Of a DNA stretch of 64,000 nucleotides, positions 9,122 through 17,498 are shown piece after piece (the stretch's first letter is position 1; every line of letters starts with the position of its first letter). The position numbers and the translations under genes are program-made. Where the stretch lies: contig CAZEJS010000010.1 in assembly GCA_964512645.1 (NCBI GenBank), positions 7,022 through 71,021 on the forward strand, read 5' to 3'. The DNA is from an uncultured Acidimicrobiales bacterium. Lineage in GTDB: Bacteria > Actinomycetota > Geothermincolia > Fen-727 > Anoxymicrobiaceae. The notes beneath the pieces are model-generated. The model was not told the DNA's origin. It saw only the letters and a program-made list of their open reading frames with translations, and ran no database searches.

Positions 9122-9954
9122 CCCCGATGGAGTTCTCCAAGTACGAAGCAACCGCCAACGACTTCATTATGCTCGACCGCACCTCGGGGGGGCCCGGAAC
9201 CGTGCCGGCGCTGGCAATGGCGCTGTGCGACAGGAGAAGGGGCGTTGGAGCGGACGGGGTGATCGAGGTGCTGCCCTCCGGCCGCTGTGACCTGAGGATG
9301 CGCATCCTGAACGCTGACGGCTCGGAAGCCGGCATGTGCGGCAACGGGATAAGGGCGCTGTTCCTGTTCGCGCTGGACAGAGGGATCGCGACCGGCGACC
9401 ATATCACCGTCGAAACGCCCGCCGGCGACAGGCTCGTCAGGCGTCACCCGGGACCGGGGGGGGATGATTTCTCCGTGGAGATGGGAGCTCCCCGCTGGCT
9501 GCGCCGAGACGTGCCGATGACCGGGCGGCCGGACGAAGAAGCGATCGGAGTCGAACTTACCGTCGACGGGCGCTCTTTCGAGGTCACCTGCGTATCGATG
9601 GGGAACCCCCATTGCGTGCTGTTCGTCCAGGACCTCCCCTCCTGTGATGTCGGGCGTCTCGGGCCGGCAATTGAGGTTCACGAGGCGTTCCCCGAGCGAA
9701 CAAACGTGGAGTTCGCGCGTGTAGGCCCCGGTGATGAGGTCCACCTCAGGGTGTGGGAGCGCGGGGTAGGTGAGACCATGGCGTGCGGGACCGGCGCCTG
9801 CGCGTCGGTCGTGGCGGCGTCCCTGGGTGGCCTCACCGGCGGAAACGCCCTGGTCAGGGTTCCCGGGGGAACCCTTGAGGTGCAATGGGACGACCGGGGC
9901 GTGGTCCTCACCGGTGGAGCGCGCCATGTTTTCGACGGAAAGACGGTGGGGTAG
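9118..9954 (+). CDS. dapF: Diaminopimelate epimerase
   Basis: KYEATANDFIM..., catalytic CGNG and GACAS(V) cysteine motifs; 278 aa. Confidence 0.9.
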   Translation: MTPMEFSKYEATANDFIMLDRTSGGPGTVPALAMALCDRRRGVGADGVIEVLPSGRCDLRMRILNADGSEAGMCGNGIRALFLFALDRGIATGDHITVETPAGDRLVRRHPGPGGDDFSVEMGAPRWLRRDVPMTGRPDEEAIGVELTVDGRSFEVTCVSMGNPHCVLFVQDLPSCDVGRLGPAIEVHEAFPERTNVEFARVGPGDEVHLRVWERGVGETMACGTGACASVVAASLGGLTGGNALVRVPGGTLEVQWDDRGVVLTGGARHVFDGKTVG

Positions 9955-11121
9955 ATGGAACTGTCCGAAAGGCTGAAGGCCATTCCGCCTTACCTGTTCG
10001 CTGAGATCGACCGCAGGATCGCGGAGAAAAAGGCGCAGGGCGTCGACGTGATAAGTTTCGGCGTCGGGGATCCGGACGTGCCTACGCCCGGCACTGTCGT
10101 TGACAGGCTGTGCGCGGAGGCCCGGAAACCGGAGAACCACAGGTATCCGGACTACTTCGGCCTCCTTGAGTACCGTGAAGCCTGCGCCGTATGGCTCCGC
10201 CGCAGGTTCGGCGTCGAGATGGACCCGGAAACGGAGATCCTGCCGGTGATGGGCTCCAAGGAGGGTATCGCCCACCTGGCCCTGGCCGTGCTGGACCCGG
10301 GCGCGCTGGCCTTCGTCCCCGAACCGGGTTACCCGGTGTACGAGATGGGCGCTTTGCTGGCCGGCGCCCGGCCGTATTTTCTTCCGCTCAGCGCCGACAT
10401 GGGTTTCCTGCCGGACTTCGAGGCGATCCCCGGCGAGGCGCTTTCCCGCGGGCGCCTGCTCTGGCTCAACTACCCCAACAACCCCACGGGCGCGGTGGCG
10501 GACCGGGAGTTTTTCGAGGGCGCGGTCGAGTTCTGCAGGCGACACGACCTCTTGCTCGCGCACGACAACGCTTACTCGGAGATAACCTACGACGGTTACG
10601 TGGCCCCGAGCGCCCTCGAAGCGAACGGGGCCGCCGATGTCTGCATAGAGTTCCATTCCCTGTCGAAGACGTTCAACATGAGCGGCTGGCGCATCGGGTT
10701 TGTGTGCGGGAACGCCGCGGCCATAAAGGCTCTGGGCACGGTAAAGACAAACATCGACTCCGGCGTGTTCAATCCTGTGCAGCTCGCGGCGGTCGAAGCG
10801 CTCGAGCGGTGCGCGGAAGATGTCGCGGTGATGGTCGAGACGTACGCAAGGCGGCGCGACCTGCTCATCGGGGGCCTGGGGCGCCTTGGATGGGACGCAA
10901 CGCCCCCCAGGGGCGCCATATACATCTGGCTGCCGGTACCGGAAGGTTATGACTCCGTATCGTTCTCGACACACGTACTGGACCGCGCCGGGGTCTTTTT
11001 CACTCCGGGCAACGCCTACGGGCCGTCCGGTGAAGGATACGTCAGGCTGTCTCTCACCGTGCCCGACGAGCGCATAGCCAGCGCCGTTGAGCGCCTCGAG
11101 GGAGTCTTCCGGGTTGCTTGA
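9955..11121 (+). CDS. dapL: LL-diaminopimelate aminotransferase (DapL-type PLP aminotransferase, class I/II)
   Basis: 388-aa aminotransferase with FHSLSKTFNMSGWRIGF (PLP lysine) and YPNNPTGA; starts immediately after dapF. Confidence 0.75.
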   Translation: MELSERLKAIPPYLFAEIDRRIAEKKAQGVDVISFGVGDPDVPTPGTVVDRLCAEARKPENHRYPDYFGLLEYREACAVWLRRRFGVEMDPETEILPVMGSKEGIAHLALAVLDPGALAFVPEPGYPVYEMGALLAGARPYFLPLSADMGFLPDFEAIPGEALSRGRLLWLNYPNNPTGAVADREFFEGAVEFCRRHDLLLAHDNAYSEITYDGYVAPSALEANGAADVCIEFHSLSKTFNMSGWRIGFVCGNAAAIKALGTVKTNIDSGVFNPVQLAAVEALERCAEDVAVMVETYARRRDLLIGGLGRLGWDATPPRGAIYIWLPVPEGYDSVSFSTHVLDRAGVFFTPGNAYGPSGEGYVRLSLTVPDERIASAVERLEGVFRVA

Positions 11122-12397
11122 GAAACAGGGAACCACCGGTGAGCCCTGGACCGCCGTCCTTGTCTCGGTTCAACCGCCTGGCGTCACCGACGAGGAGGCG
11201 GGCGAATTCCTCGAAGAGCTGGCCGCACTCGCCAGCACCGCAGGCGCAAACGCGACCTCCTCCGTGCTCCAGCGGAGGAGCACGCCGGACCCCGCGACGC
11301 TCCTGGGAAGCGGCAAGGCCAGGGAGGTCGCCGGGGAGGTCGAGGCCAGCGGCGCGTCGCTCGTCATCTTCGACAACGAGCTGTCAATCGGACAGCAGGA
11401 CAGGCTGGCCGAGCTCCTTGGCGCCCGTGTCGTAGACCGCACCGCGCTCATCCTGGAAATATTCGCCCAGCACGCGCACACTGCCGAAGGCAGGGTCCAG
11501 GTGGAGCTCGCGCAGTACTCCTATCTCCTCCCGCGCATCAGGGGATACGGGATGGAGCTGTCGAGAATGGGGGGAGGCATCGGCACCAGGCGGGGACCGG
11601 GCGAGACCAAGCTGGAGGTCGACCGACGGCGTATCCGGAAGCGGATACACCGCCTCGAGGCCGAACTGGAAAGGTTGGAGGCGGTAAGACGGACGCAGCG
11701 CAAACGGCGCGTAAAGGCGGGGCTGCCGTCGGTGTGCCTCGTCGGGTACACCAACAGCGGGAAGTCCTCCCTGCTCAACCGTCTTACGGGAGCCGGCGTG
11801 CCCGTCGAGGACCAGCTCTTCAGCACTCTCGACTCGACGACCAGGAGAATGGCCCTCCCTGGGGGCCTGACCGCGCTGCTCTCCGATACGGTCGGTTTCA
11901 TACGGAAGCTGCCTCACGAGCTGGTGGCCGCTTTTCGCTCGACTCTAGAGGTGGTAAGGGACTCGGACCTCCTGCTCCACGTCATCGACCCGACAAGGAG
12001 CGGGACGATGGAGGCCAGGACCAGGTCCGTAGAAGCGGTCCTGTCGGAACTCGGGGCGGAAGAACTCCCCGTGATAGAGGTGATAAACAAGGTCGATACC
12101 CTGGACCCCGCTGCCCGCCAGTCGCTGGAGTCGTCCCGTCCCGCCGCCCTGCAGGTTTCGGCAAGGACGGGGGAGGGGCTGAGTGTCCTCCTCGGTGAGA
12201 TCGCCACCGCCCTGTCCGCGGGACCGTGCGTAACCGTCCGTGTGCCGGTGGAGCGCGGCGACGTAATCTCCAGGTTGCACAGGGAAGGGACGGTGCTTTC
12301 GAGCGAGGTAGACGGCGAGTCCATGGTGATCACCGCGCGGCTGCCCGCCGATCGCCGTTCTGCGTTCTCGCCGTACCTGGCAGGAGATGGCAGGTAA
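11087..12397 (+). CDS. hflX: GTPase HflX
   Basis: N-terminal HflX domain (ERAVLV-like, coiled coil) and G-domain GYTNSGKSSLLNRL, DTVGF, NKVD. The start is uncertain (TTG 11087 or TTG 11114) and overlaps the dapL 3' end. Confidence 0.85.
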   Translation: MSASRESSGLLEKQGTTGEPWTAVLVSVQPPGVTDEEAGEFLEELAALASTAGANATSSVLQRRSTPDPATLLGSGKAREVAGEVEASGASLVIFDNELSIGQQDRLAELLGARVVDRTALILEIFAQHAHTAEGRVQVELAQYSYLLPRIRGYGMELSRMGGGIGTRRGPGETKLEVDRRRIRKRIHRLEAELERLEAVRRTQRKRRVKAGLPSVCLVGYTNSGKSSLLNRLTGAGVPVEDQLFSTLDSTTRRMALPGGLTALLSDTVGFIRKLPHELVAAFRSTLEVVRDSDLLLHVIDPTRSGTMEARTRSVEAVLSELGAEELPVIEVINKVDTLDPAARQSLESSRPAALQVSARTGEGLSVLLGEIATALSAGPCVTVRVPVERGDVISRLHREGTVLSSEVDGESMVITARLPADRRSAFSPYLAGDGR

Positions 12398-12693
12398 CCT
12401 ACTAGTATTTGCCAGAATCCTCGAAACCTCGACCTCAGACTGAGAAAATATTTTTTTCTGGACCTGCTCTCCAGTGCCGGGCTGCCGGCCCTGTTCTCCG
12501 ACCGGCTCCTGCCAGGTTCTGTCGATGTCCGGTCCAGTGATGACCGACCCCGGAGACGTCGCCATGGTGCGGATTGCGCGCTCTGACGCCGATTCTAAAC
12601 CACCCTCGACCCCGGGTTAAACCTTGAATCAAGCTTCATTTCGTGCCGCAACCCTGTAGCTCGTAACGAGAGAATTTTTTTCAAAAAACCGCC

Positions 12694-12745
12694 TTGACAC
12701 ACCCTATCTTGTGGGCAAAAATTGCCTCCAGCACTAGATGTGGGT
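12694..12745 (+). promoter_or_regulatory. Candidate nrdR/nrdD promoter (-35 TTGACA) with two putative NrdR boxes
   Basis: TTGACA at 12694-12699. ACAC..GTG imperfect palindromes ACACCCTATCTTGTGG (12697-12712) and GCACTAGATGTGGG (about 12730-12745) lie about 33 bp apart, roughly 80-130 nt upstream of nrdR. Confidence 0.35.
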
Positions 12746-12823
12746 TCCAGCCCGAAGTGGGATGCGGCGGCGGAAAACTCGTGAATGTCCGGGCCGTCGA
12801 GGGCCCGGAAGAAGGAAGCGTCG

Positions 12824-13294
12824 ATGAAGTGTCCGTTCTGCGGGAGTAGAAAAACGAAGGTCATAGACTCGAGATCGGTGGATGACGGCGCAGCTATCAG
12901 GCGCCGGCGCAGCTGCCCTTCATGCGGATCGAGGTTCACCACTTTCGAGCGGCGCGAAAGGGTGGACGTGGTTGTGCTCAAGCGCGACGGAGAGCGAGAA
13001 CCGTACAGCAGGGAGAAGGTCGCCACCGGGTTCTACAAGGCCCTTAGCAAGAGAGACGTCCCTGAGTCTGTCATCGAAAGCACCGTCGACGAGATAGAGG
13101 ACGAGCTCAAGCGTCGCCAGGACAAGGAAGTGGCGGCCTCCGAAATAGGTGACATGGTAATGGAGCGGCTCATGCGCATCGACGAGGTCGCCTACATGCG
13201 CTTCGCGTCGGTGTACAAGAACTTCGGAGACGTCAGCGAGTTCCGGAGGGAGCTGGGGCAGTTCATGCCCGAGGAGATGGACAGCAACGCCTGA
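12824..13294 (+). CDS. nrdR: Transcriptional repressor NrdR
   Basis: MKCPFCGS..., Zn-ribbon CPFC/CPSC, ATP-cone (VIKRDGEREPYSREKV); SD GAAGGAAG. Confidence 0.9.
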   Translation: MKCPFCGSRKTKVIDSRSVDDGAAIRRRRSCPSCGSRFTTFERRERVDVVVLKRDGEREPYSREKVATGFYKALSKRDVPESVIESTVDEIEDELKRRQDKEVAASEIGDMVMERLMRIDEVAYMRFASVYKNFGDVSEFRRELGQFMPEEMDSNA

Positions 13295-13310
13295 ACGGTG
13301 CGACGGCACG

Positions 13311-15509
13311 GTGACTCGAAAGGAGCGGGAAGTGACACCTCGGATCCAGGTTGTCAATAACGGGGGAGAGTTCAACTATGACCCTGCGGGCGATGCGACC
13401 GATATCGCCCTGCAGGTGAGCACGGTCTCTGCCGAGGAGATCAACCTCTGGGACAAGCAGAGGATCGTGGACTCCATCATCCTGGAAGCCCAGGCCTCGC
13501 CCGGCCTGGCCGCGGAGATCGCCGACGAGGTCGAGAAGACGCTGATCGCGTCCGGGCAGACGAGGGTGACGACGAGCCTGATCCGGGAGCTCGTGGACCT
13601 GCAATTGATGGAGCGCGGGCTTTCGCAGATGCTGGAGAAGCACACCAAGCTCGGCCTCCCGATGTTCGACGTGGAAAACATCATCACCCAGGCGAACAAG
13701 GAGAACTCCAACACCACCCACAACCCCGAGTCGATCAACCTGACTATCGCCGAGACCGTGCTCAAGCAGTACGCGCTGGAGCGGGTGTTCTCCGACGACG
13801 TCGCCCGTCTGCACTACGAAGGGGCCATACACCTGCACGACCTCGGGTTCGTGGTCCGTCCGTACTGCGGCGGACACAGCCTCGAATACGTGAAGAAGTA
13901 CGGACTGCGGCTGCCCAACATCACCAGCACGTCCGGGCCGGCGAAGCACGCCGACGTCCTGATAGGCCACATGGTCAAGATGGCTTCGACGCTGCAGTCC
14001 TATTACGCCGGAGCGATCGGCTGGGAAGCCGTCAACGTGTTCTTCGCGCCGTTCCTGGTGGGGATGCCCTACGAGAGGATCAAGCAGCTGGCCCAGATGC
14101 TGATCTTCGAGTTCAACCAGCTCGCCGGGGCCCGCGGCAGCCAGGTGGTGTTCACCGACTTCAACCTGTACTGGAACGTCCCCCGGCACCTCAGGGAAGC
14201 GCCCGCGGTCGGCCCGGGCGGGCTCGAGACGGGGAAGACTTACAAGGAGTACGAGCGCGAGGCGCAGCAGTTCCTCACCGCCCTGTTCGAGGTCTACATG
14301 GACGGCGACGCCATGGGCAAAACGTTCGTATTCCCCAAGCCGCTGCTGCACATCAACGACGATTTCTTCCGCACCGAGGGCTGGGAGGAGTTCCTCGACC
14401 TCGCCTGCGCGGTGGCGAGCCGGCAGGGCATAACCTACTTCGTTTTCGACCGGGGCGACGAGATCACGGTCTCGCAATGCTGCAGGCTGAAGCTCAAGCT
14501 GCAGGAGGTCGACCTTGCCGAGGCTATGACCCCGGAGAAGATGCGCTTCAGCGCCCTGCAGAACATTACCATCAACCTGCCGCGCATCGCCTACCGCGCA
14601 CACGGCAGCGACGAGATGCTTTTCAGCGAGCTCGAGAAGACCCTCGAGCTTGTTGCCAGGGCCCACCTCCAGAAGCACAAGTTCATTACCTCGCTGATGG
14701 AGCTGGGCAGGGACGGCCCGGTGTCGCTCCTCTGCATGGAGCACGACGGCGAGCCGTACCTCAAGCTGGACCGGCTGACATACCTCGCGGGGCTGCTGGG
14801 GCTCAACGAAATGGTCCAGCACCACGTGGGCAGCCAGCTTCACGAGTCGCCCGAGGCGCTGCGTTTTGGCCTCAAGGTGGTGGCCCACATGAACCTCGTC
14901 TGCGAGCGGCTCTCGGAGAAGATGGGGATCAACATGGTCCTGGAGGAATCCCCGGCCGAGTCCAGCGGATACAGGCTGGCCAAGTTGGACATGAAGTACT
15001 ACCCGGAACAGGCGGGAAAGGTCGTCAAGGGGCAGATCGATACCGGCCGCTATTACTACACCAACTCGATCCACCTGGCTACCGACGCCCCGATCGACTA
15101 CGTGGAAAGGGTGCAGAAGCAGAGCCTCTTCCACCCCCTGATCAAGGCGGGAGCCATCATCCACATCTGGCTGGGTGAGCACGAACCTCCGGCGGCGTCG
15201 ATAAGGAAGTTCGTCGAAAAGGTCTTCTGGGACACAAACGCCGCCCAGGTGGCCTTCAGCCCCGAGTTCACCGTTTGCAACGCCTGCAGCAGGACCAGCA
15301 GGGGGCTCTCCGCGGAGTGTCCGAAGTGCGGTTCGGAAGACACTTACGGAATCACCAGGATCGTCGGCTACTACTCGAAGGTCTCGACATGGAACAAGGG
15401 AAAACTGGGAGAGCTCGAGGAGAGGAGCAGGACTCCGCTCGGGGGAGGGGGCAGGAATGCTACTGAAGGTGTTCGTCAAAGACAACTGTCCGAACTGTCC
15501 AGCGGCTAA
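13311..15509 (+). CDS. nrdD: Anaerobic ribonucleoside-triphosphate reductase (class III RNR)
   Basis: 732 aa; C-terminal Zn-ribbon CNACSRTSRGLSAECPKCG followed by the glycyl-radical motif TRIVGYYS; 16 nt downstream of nrdR. Confidence 0.9.
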   Translation: MTRKEREVTPRIQVVNNGGEFNYDPAGDATDIALQVSTVSAEEINLWDKQRIVDSIILEAQASPGLAAEIADEVEKTLIASGQTRVTTSLIRELVDLQLMERGLSQMLEKHTKLGLPMFDVENIITQANKENSNTTHNPESINLTIAETVLKQYALERVFSDDVARLHYEGAIHLHDLGFVVRPYCGGHSLEYVKKYGLRLPNITSTSGPAKHADVLIGHMVKMASTLQSYYAGAIGWEAVNVFFAPFLVGMPYERIKQLAQMLIFEFNQLAGARGSQVVFTDFNLYWNVPRHLREAPAVGPGGLETGKTYKEYEREAQQFLTALFEVYMDGDAMGKTFVFPKPLLHINDDFFRTEGWEEFLDLACAVASRQGITYFVFDRGDEITVSQCCRLKLKLQEVDLAEAMTPEKMRFSALQNITINLPRIAYRAHGSDEMLFSELEKTLELVARAHLQKHKFITSLMELGRDGPVSLLCMEHDGEPYLKLDRLTYLAGLLGLNEMVQHHVGSQLHESPEALRFGLKVVAHMNLVCERLSEKMGINMVLEESPAESSGYRLAKLDMKYYPEQAGKVVKGQIDTGRYYYTNSIHLATDAPIDYVERVQKQSLFHPLIKAGAIIHIWLGEHEPPAASIRKFVEKVFWDTNAAQVAFSPEFTVCNACSRTSRGLSAECPKCGSEDTYGITRIVGYYSKVSTWNKGKLGELEERSRTPLGGGGRNATEGVRQRQLSELSSG

Positions 15510-15699
15510 AGAAGTCGCGAACCAGTTCCCGTTCAGCAGGCTGTTCGACATGGACAAGGCGGAGGGCCTTGCGGAGGCGGCGTTCCACAGCGTGCTCTGC
15601 ACCCCGTCGATGGTTCTCGTCGACGACACGGAAAACGTCATTCACTCCTGGCGCTGCCACGTCCCGCGGCCCACGGAGATCGCCAACTACGCGGCTTGA
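15457..15699 (+). CDS. Glutaredoxin/NrdH-like small redoxin (CxxC)
   Basis: 80 aa, MLLKVFVKDNCPNCP... thioredoxin-fold N-terminus; overlaps the nrdD 3' end by 53 nt in another frame. Confidence 0.5.
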   Translation: MLLKVFVKDNCPNCPAAKEVANQFPFSRLFDMDKAEGLAEAAFHSVLCTPSMVLVDDTENVIHSWRCHVPRPTEIANYAA

Positions 15700-15757
15700 G
15701 GACGGCAGTACACTGTCCTTCACCGTCCGGTTCAGGAAGCTCGACCCCGGGGCGGGG

Positions 15758-16150
15758 ATGCCCCTGTACGCGCACGAGGGCGACGCCGGTTGTGACCTGA
15801 CGAGCATGGAGGAAGCCACTCTCGCCCCCGGCGAGCGCGCGGTTGTAGGGACCGGGGTCGCGGTGGCGATCCCCGAGGGGTACGCCGGGTTCGTGCAGCC
15901 GCGAAGCGGGCTCGCCGCGCGTTGCGGGATTGGGATCGTCAACACCCCGGGCCTCATCGATTCGCATTACCGGGGTGAGATCAAAGTCATCCTGGTCAAC
16001 CTCGATCCCCGGGAGGATTTCACGGTCAACAGGGGGGACAAGATCTGCCAGCTCGTCTTTCAGAAAGTCGAGAGGGCGACCTTCCTGGAAGTCGAGGACC
16101 TCGACGAAACAGTCAGGGGCGACGGGGGGTTCGGTTCCACGGGCCTCTAG
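15758..16150 (+). CDS. dut: dUTP diphosphatase
   Basis: MPLYAHEGDAGCDL, RSGLA, GLIDSHYRGEI motifs. The conserved N-terminal strand (FTVRFRKLDPGAG) lies upstream in frame with no ATG/GTG/TTG (see findings). Confidence 0.85.
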   Translation: MPLYAHEGDAGCDLTSMEEATLAPGERAVVGTGVAVAIPEGYAGFVQPRSGLAARCGIGIVNTPGLIDSHYRGEIKVILVNLDPREDFTVNRGDKICQLVFQKVERATFLEVEDLDETVRGDGGFGSTGL

Positions 16151-16197
16151 ACAGCCCCCGCGACACCGGTTCGGGCAACCAACTGCTAGAATCTTGC

Positions 16198-16845
16198 ATG
16201 GTGACGGCATTGGACATCGACGAGAGCCGAAGAGGCGAGAACCCGTTCGAGGAGCCGGCGCGCAAGCTCCGGGGGATGGACCCCGAGGAAGTGGCCGCCC
16301 GGACCGGCGGGCGGTTCCGCGCCGGACCGGACGGGACCGGCGAAGTTGTGGTGCCGGTGCTTTCCTGGACGGTGAAGGTCGCGTTTCCGGCGGTCGATGT
16401 TACGGCCGACCCCAGGGTTGACTCGTTCACTTTCAAACTGCTCACGCTCCTCTACCTCTCGAACAGCGACGGGCTGGCTCCCACCGGCGAATGGATCGCC
16501 TACCGGGAACTGGCCGGCGGTCGCTTCTACGAGCCGGTTGTGCGCAGAAGCGTGGAAGACCCGCTTGCGCGGCGCTTTGGCCTGGACGCCGGAACGTTTC
16601 TCGCGGCCTGCGCGGCTGCCGGCGGGAGACAGGAGCCGTTGGGCGACGCCTCCTGTTCCTTCGACCTTTTCCCGCTGGTGAGGGCGGCCTTCCTCCTGTG
16701 GCGGGCGGACGAGGAGTTCGAAGCCCGTGTGCAGGTGCTGTTCGACTCCGGGGCCACCCACCATCTCAACGCGTTCGACCTGCGGATGGGGGCGGCGGAG
16801 ATAGCGTCGCTTCTTCTCAAGTGGAGGGCCGGTGAAAGCAGTTGA
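16198..16845 (+). CDS. Conserved hypothetical protein, translationally coupled to queC
   Basis: 215-aa ORF with coding-like composition; ATGA overlap with the queC start; no recognisable catalytic motifs. Confidence 0.55.
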   Translation: MVTALDIDESRRGENPFEEPARKLRGMDPEEVAARTGGRFRAGPDGTGEVVVPVLSWTVKVAFPAVDVTADPRVDSFTFKLLTLLYLSNSDGLAPTGEWIAYRELAGGRFYEPVVRRSVEDPLARRFGLDAGTFLAACAAAGGRQEPLGDASCSFDLFPLVRAAFLLWRADEEFEARVQVLFDSGATHHLNAFDLRMGAAEIASLLLKWRAGESS

Positions 16846-17498
16846 GCGGCGCTCTCGTCCTGCTTTCGGGCGGCATGGACTCGGCCGTGTGCCTGTACGA
16901 AGCGATCGAGGCGCACGGCACCGTTGCCGTAGAGTGTCTTTTTTTCGACTGGGGCCAGCTCGCGGTCGAGCAGGAGCGCCGCTGCTGCTCCGCCCTCTGC
17001 AGGGCAGCGGGGGTCGCCCCGCAGATCGAGGTCGAACTTCACTTCCCGTACCGCGGTCCGCTCACCGACGAGTCGCTGGGCATGCCCAGAGGCAGGACAC
17101 CGTCACAGATCAGCGGGGGAGGGGTGGAGGCGACGTTCTTCCCCGGCAGAAACCTGGTAATGCTCGCAAGCGCGTTCGGGATCGCCGCCGCCCGGGGCAT
17201 CGAGCGCATCTATTTCGGGGCCACCGCCCAGGACGGCTCCGGGTACCCCGACTGCCGCGCCGAATTCCTCCGGGCGATGGAAGATGCGTGTTCCGCGGGT
17301 GTCGGCCGTGAGATCGAGCTCGTGACCCCTCTTCTGGGAATGTCCAAGGCTCGAGTGGCGCTCAGGGGTGAGGAGCTTGGGGTCCCCTGGGACCTGACCT
17401 TCTCCTGCTACGCGCCGCGCGGCGGTGAACCGTGCGGCACCTGCGACTCCTGCGTACTCAGGGGGAACGCTCTTCATCGGGACGGTCAATCTCCGTAA
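16842..17498 (+). CDS. queC: 7-cyano-7-deazaguanine synthase
   Basis: SGGMDS PP-loop, C-terminal Zn-binding CxxC..C (GEPCGTCDSCVLR). Confidence 0.9.
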   Translation: MSGALVLLSGGMDSAVCLYEAIEAHGTVAVECLFFDWGQLAVEQERRCCSALCRAAGVAPQIEVELHFPYRGPLTDESLGMPRGRTPSQISGGGVEATFFPGRNLVMLASAFGIAAARGIERIYFGATAQDGSGYPDCRAEFLRAMEDACSAGVGREIELVTPLLGMSKARVALRGEELGVPWDLTFSCYAPRGGEPCGTCDSCVLRGNALHRDGQSP

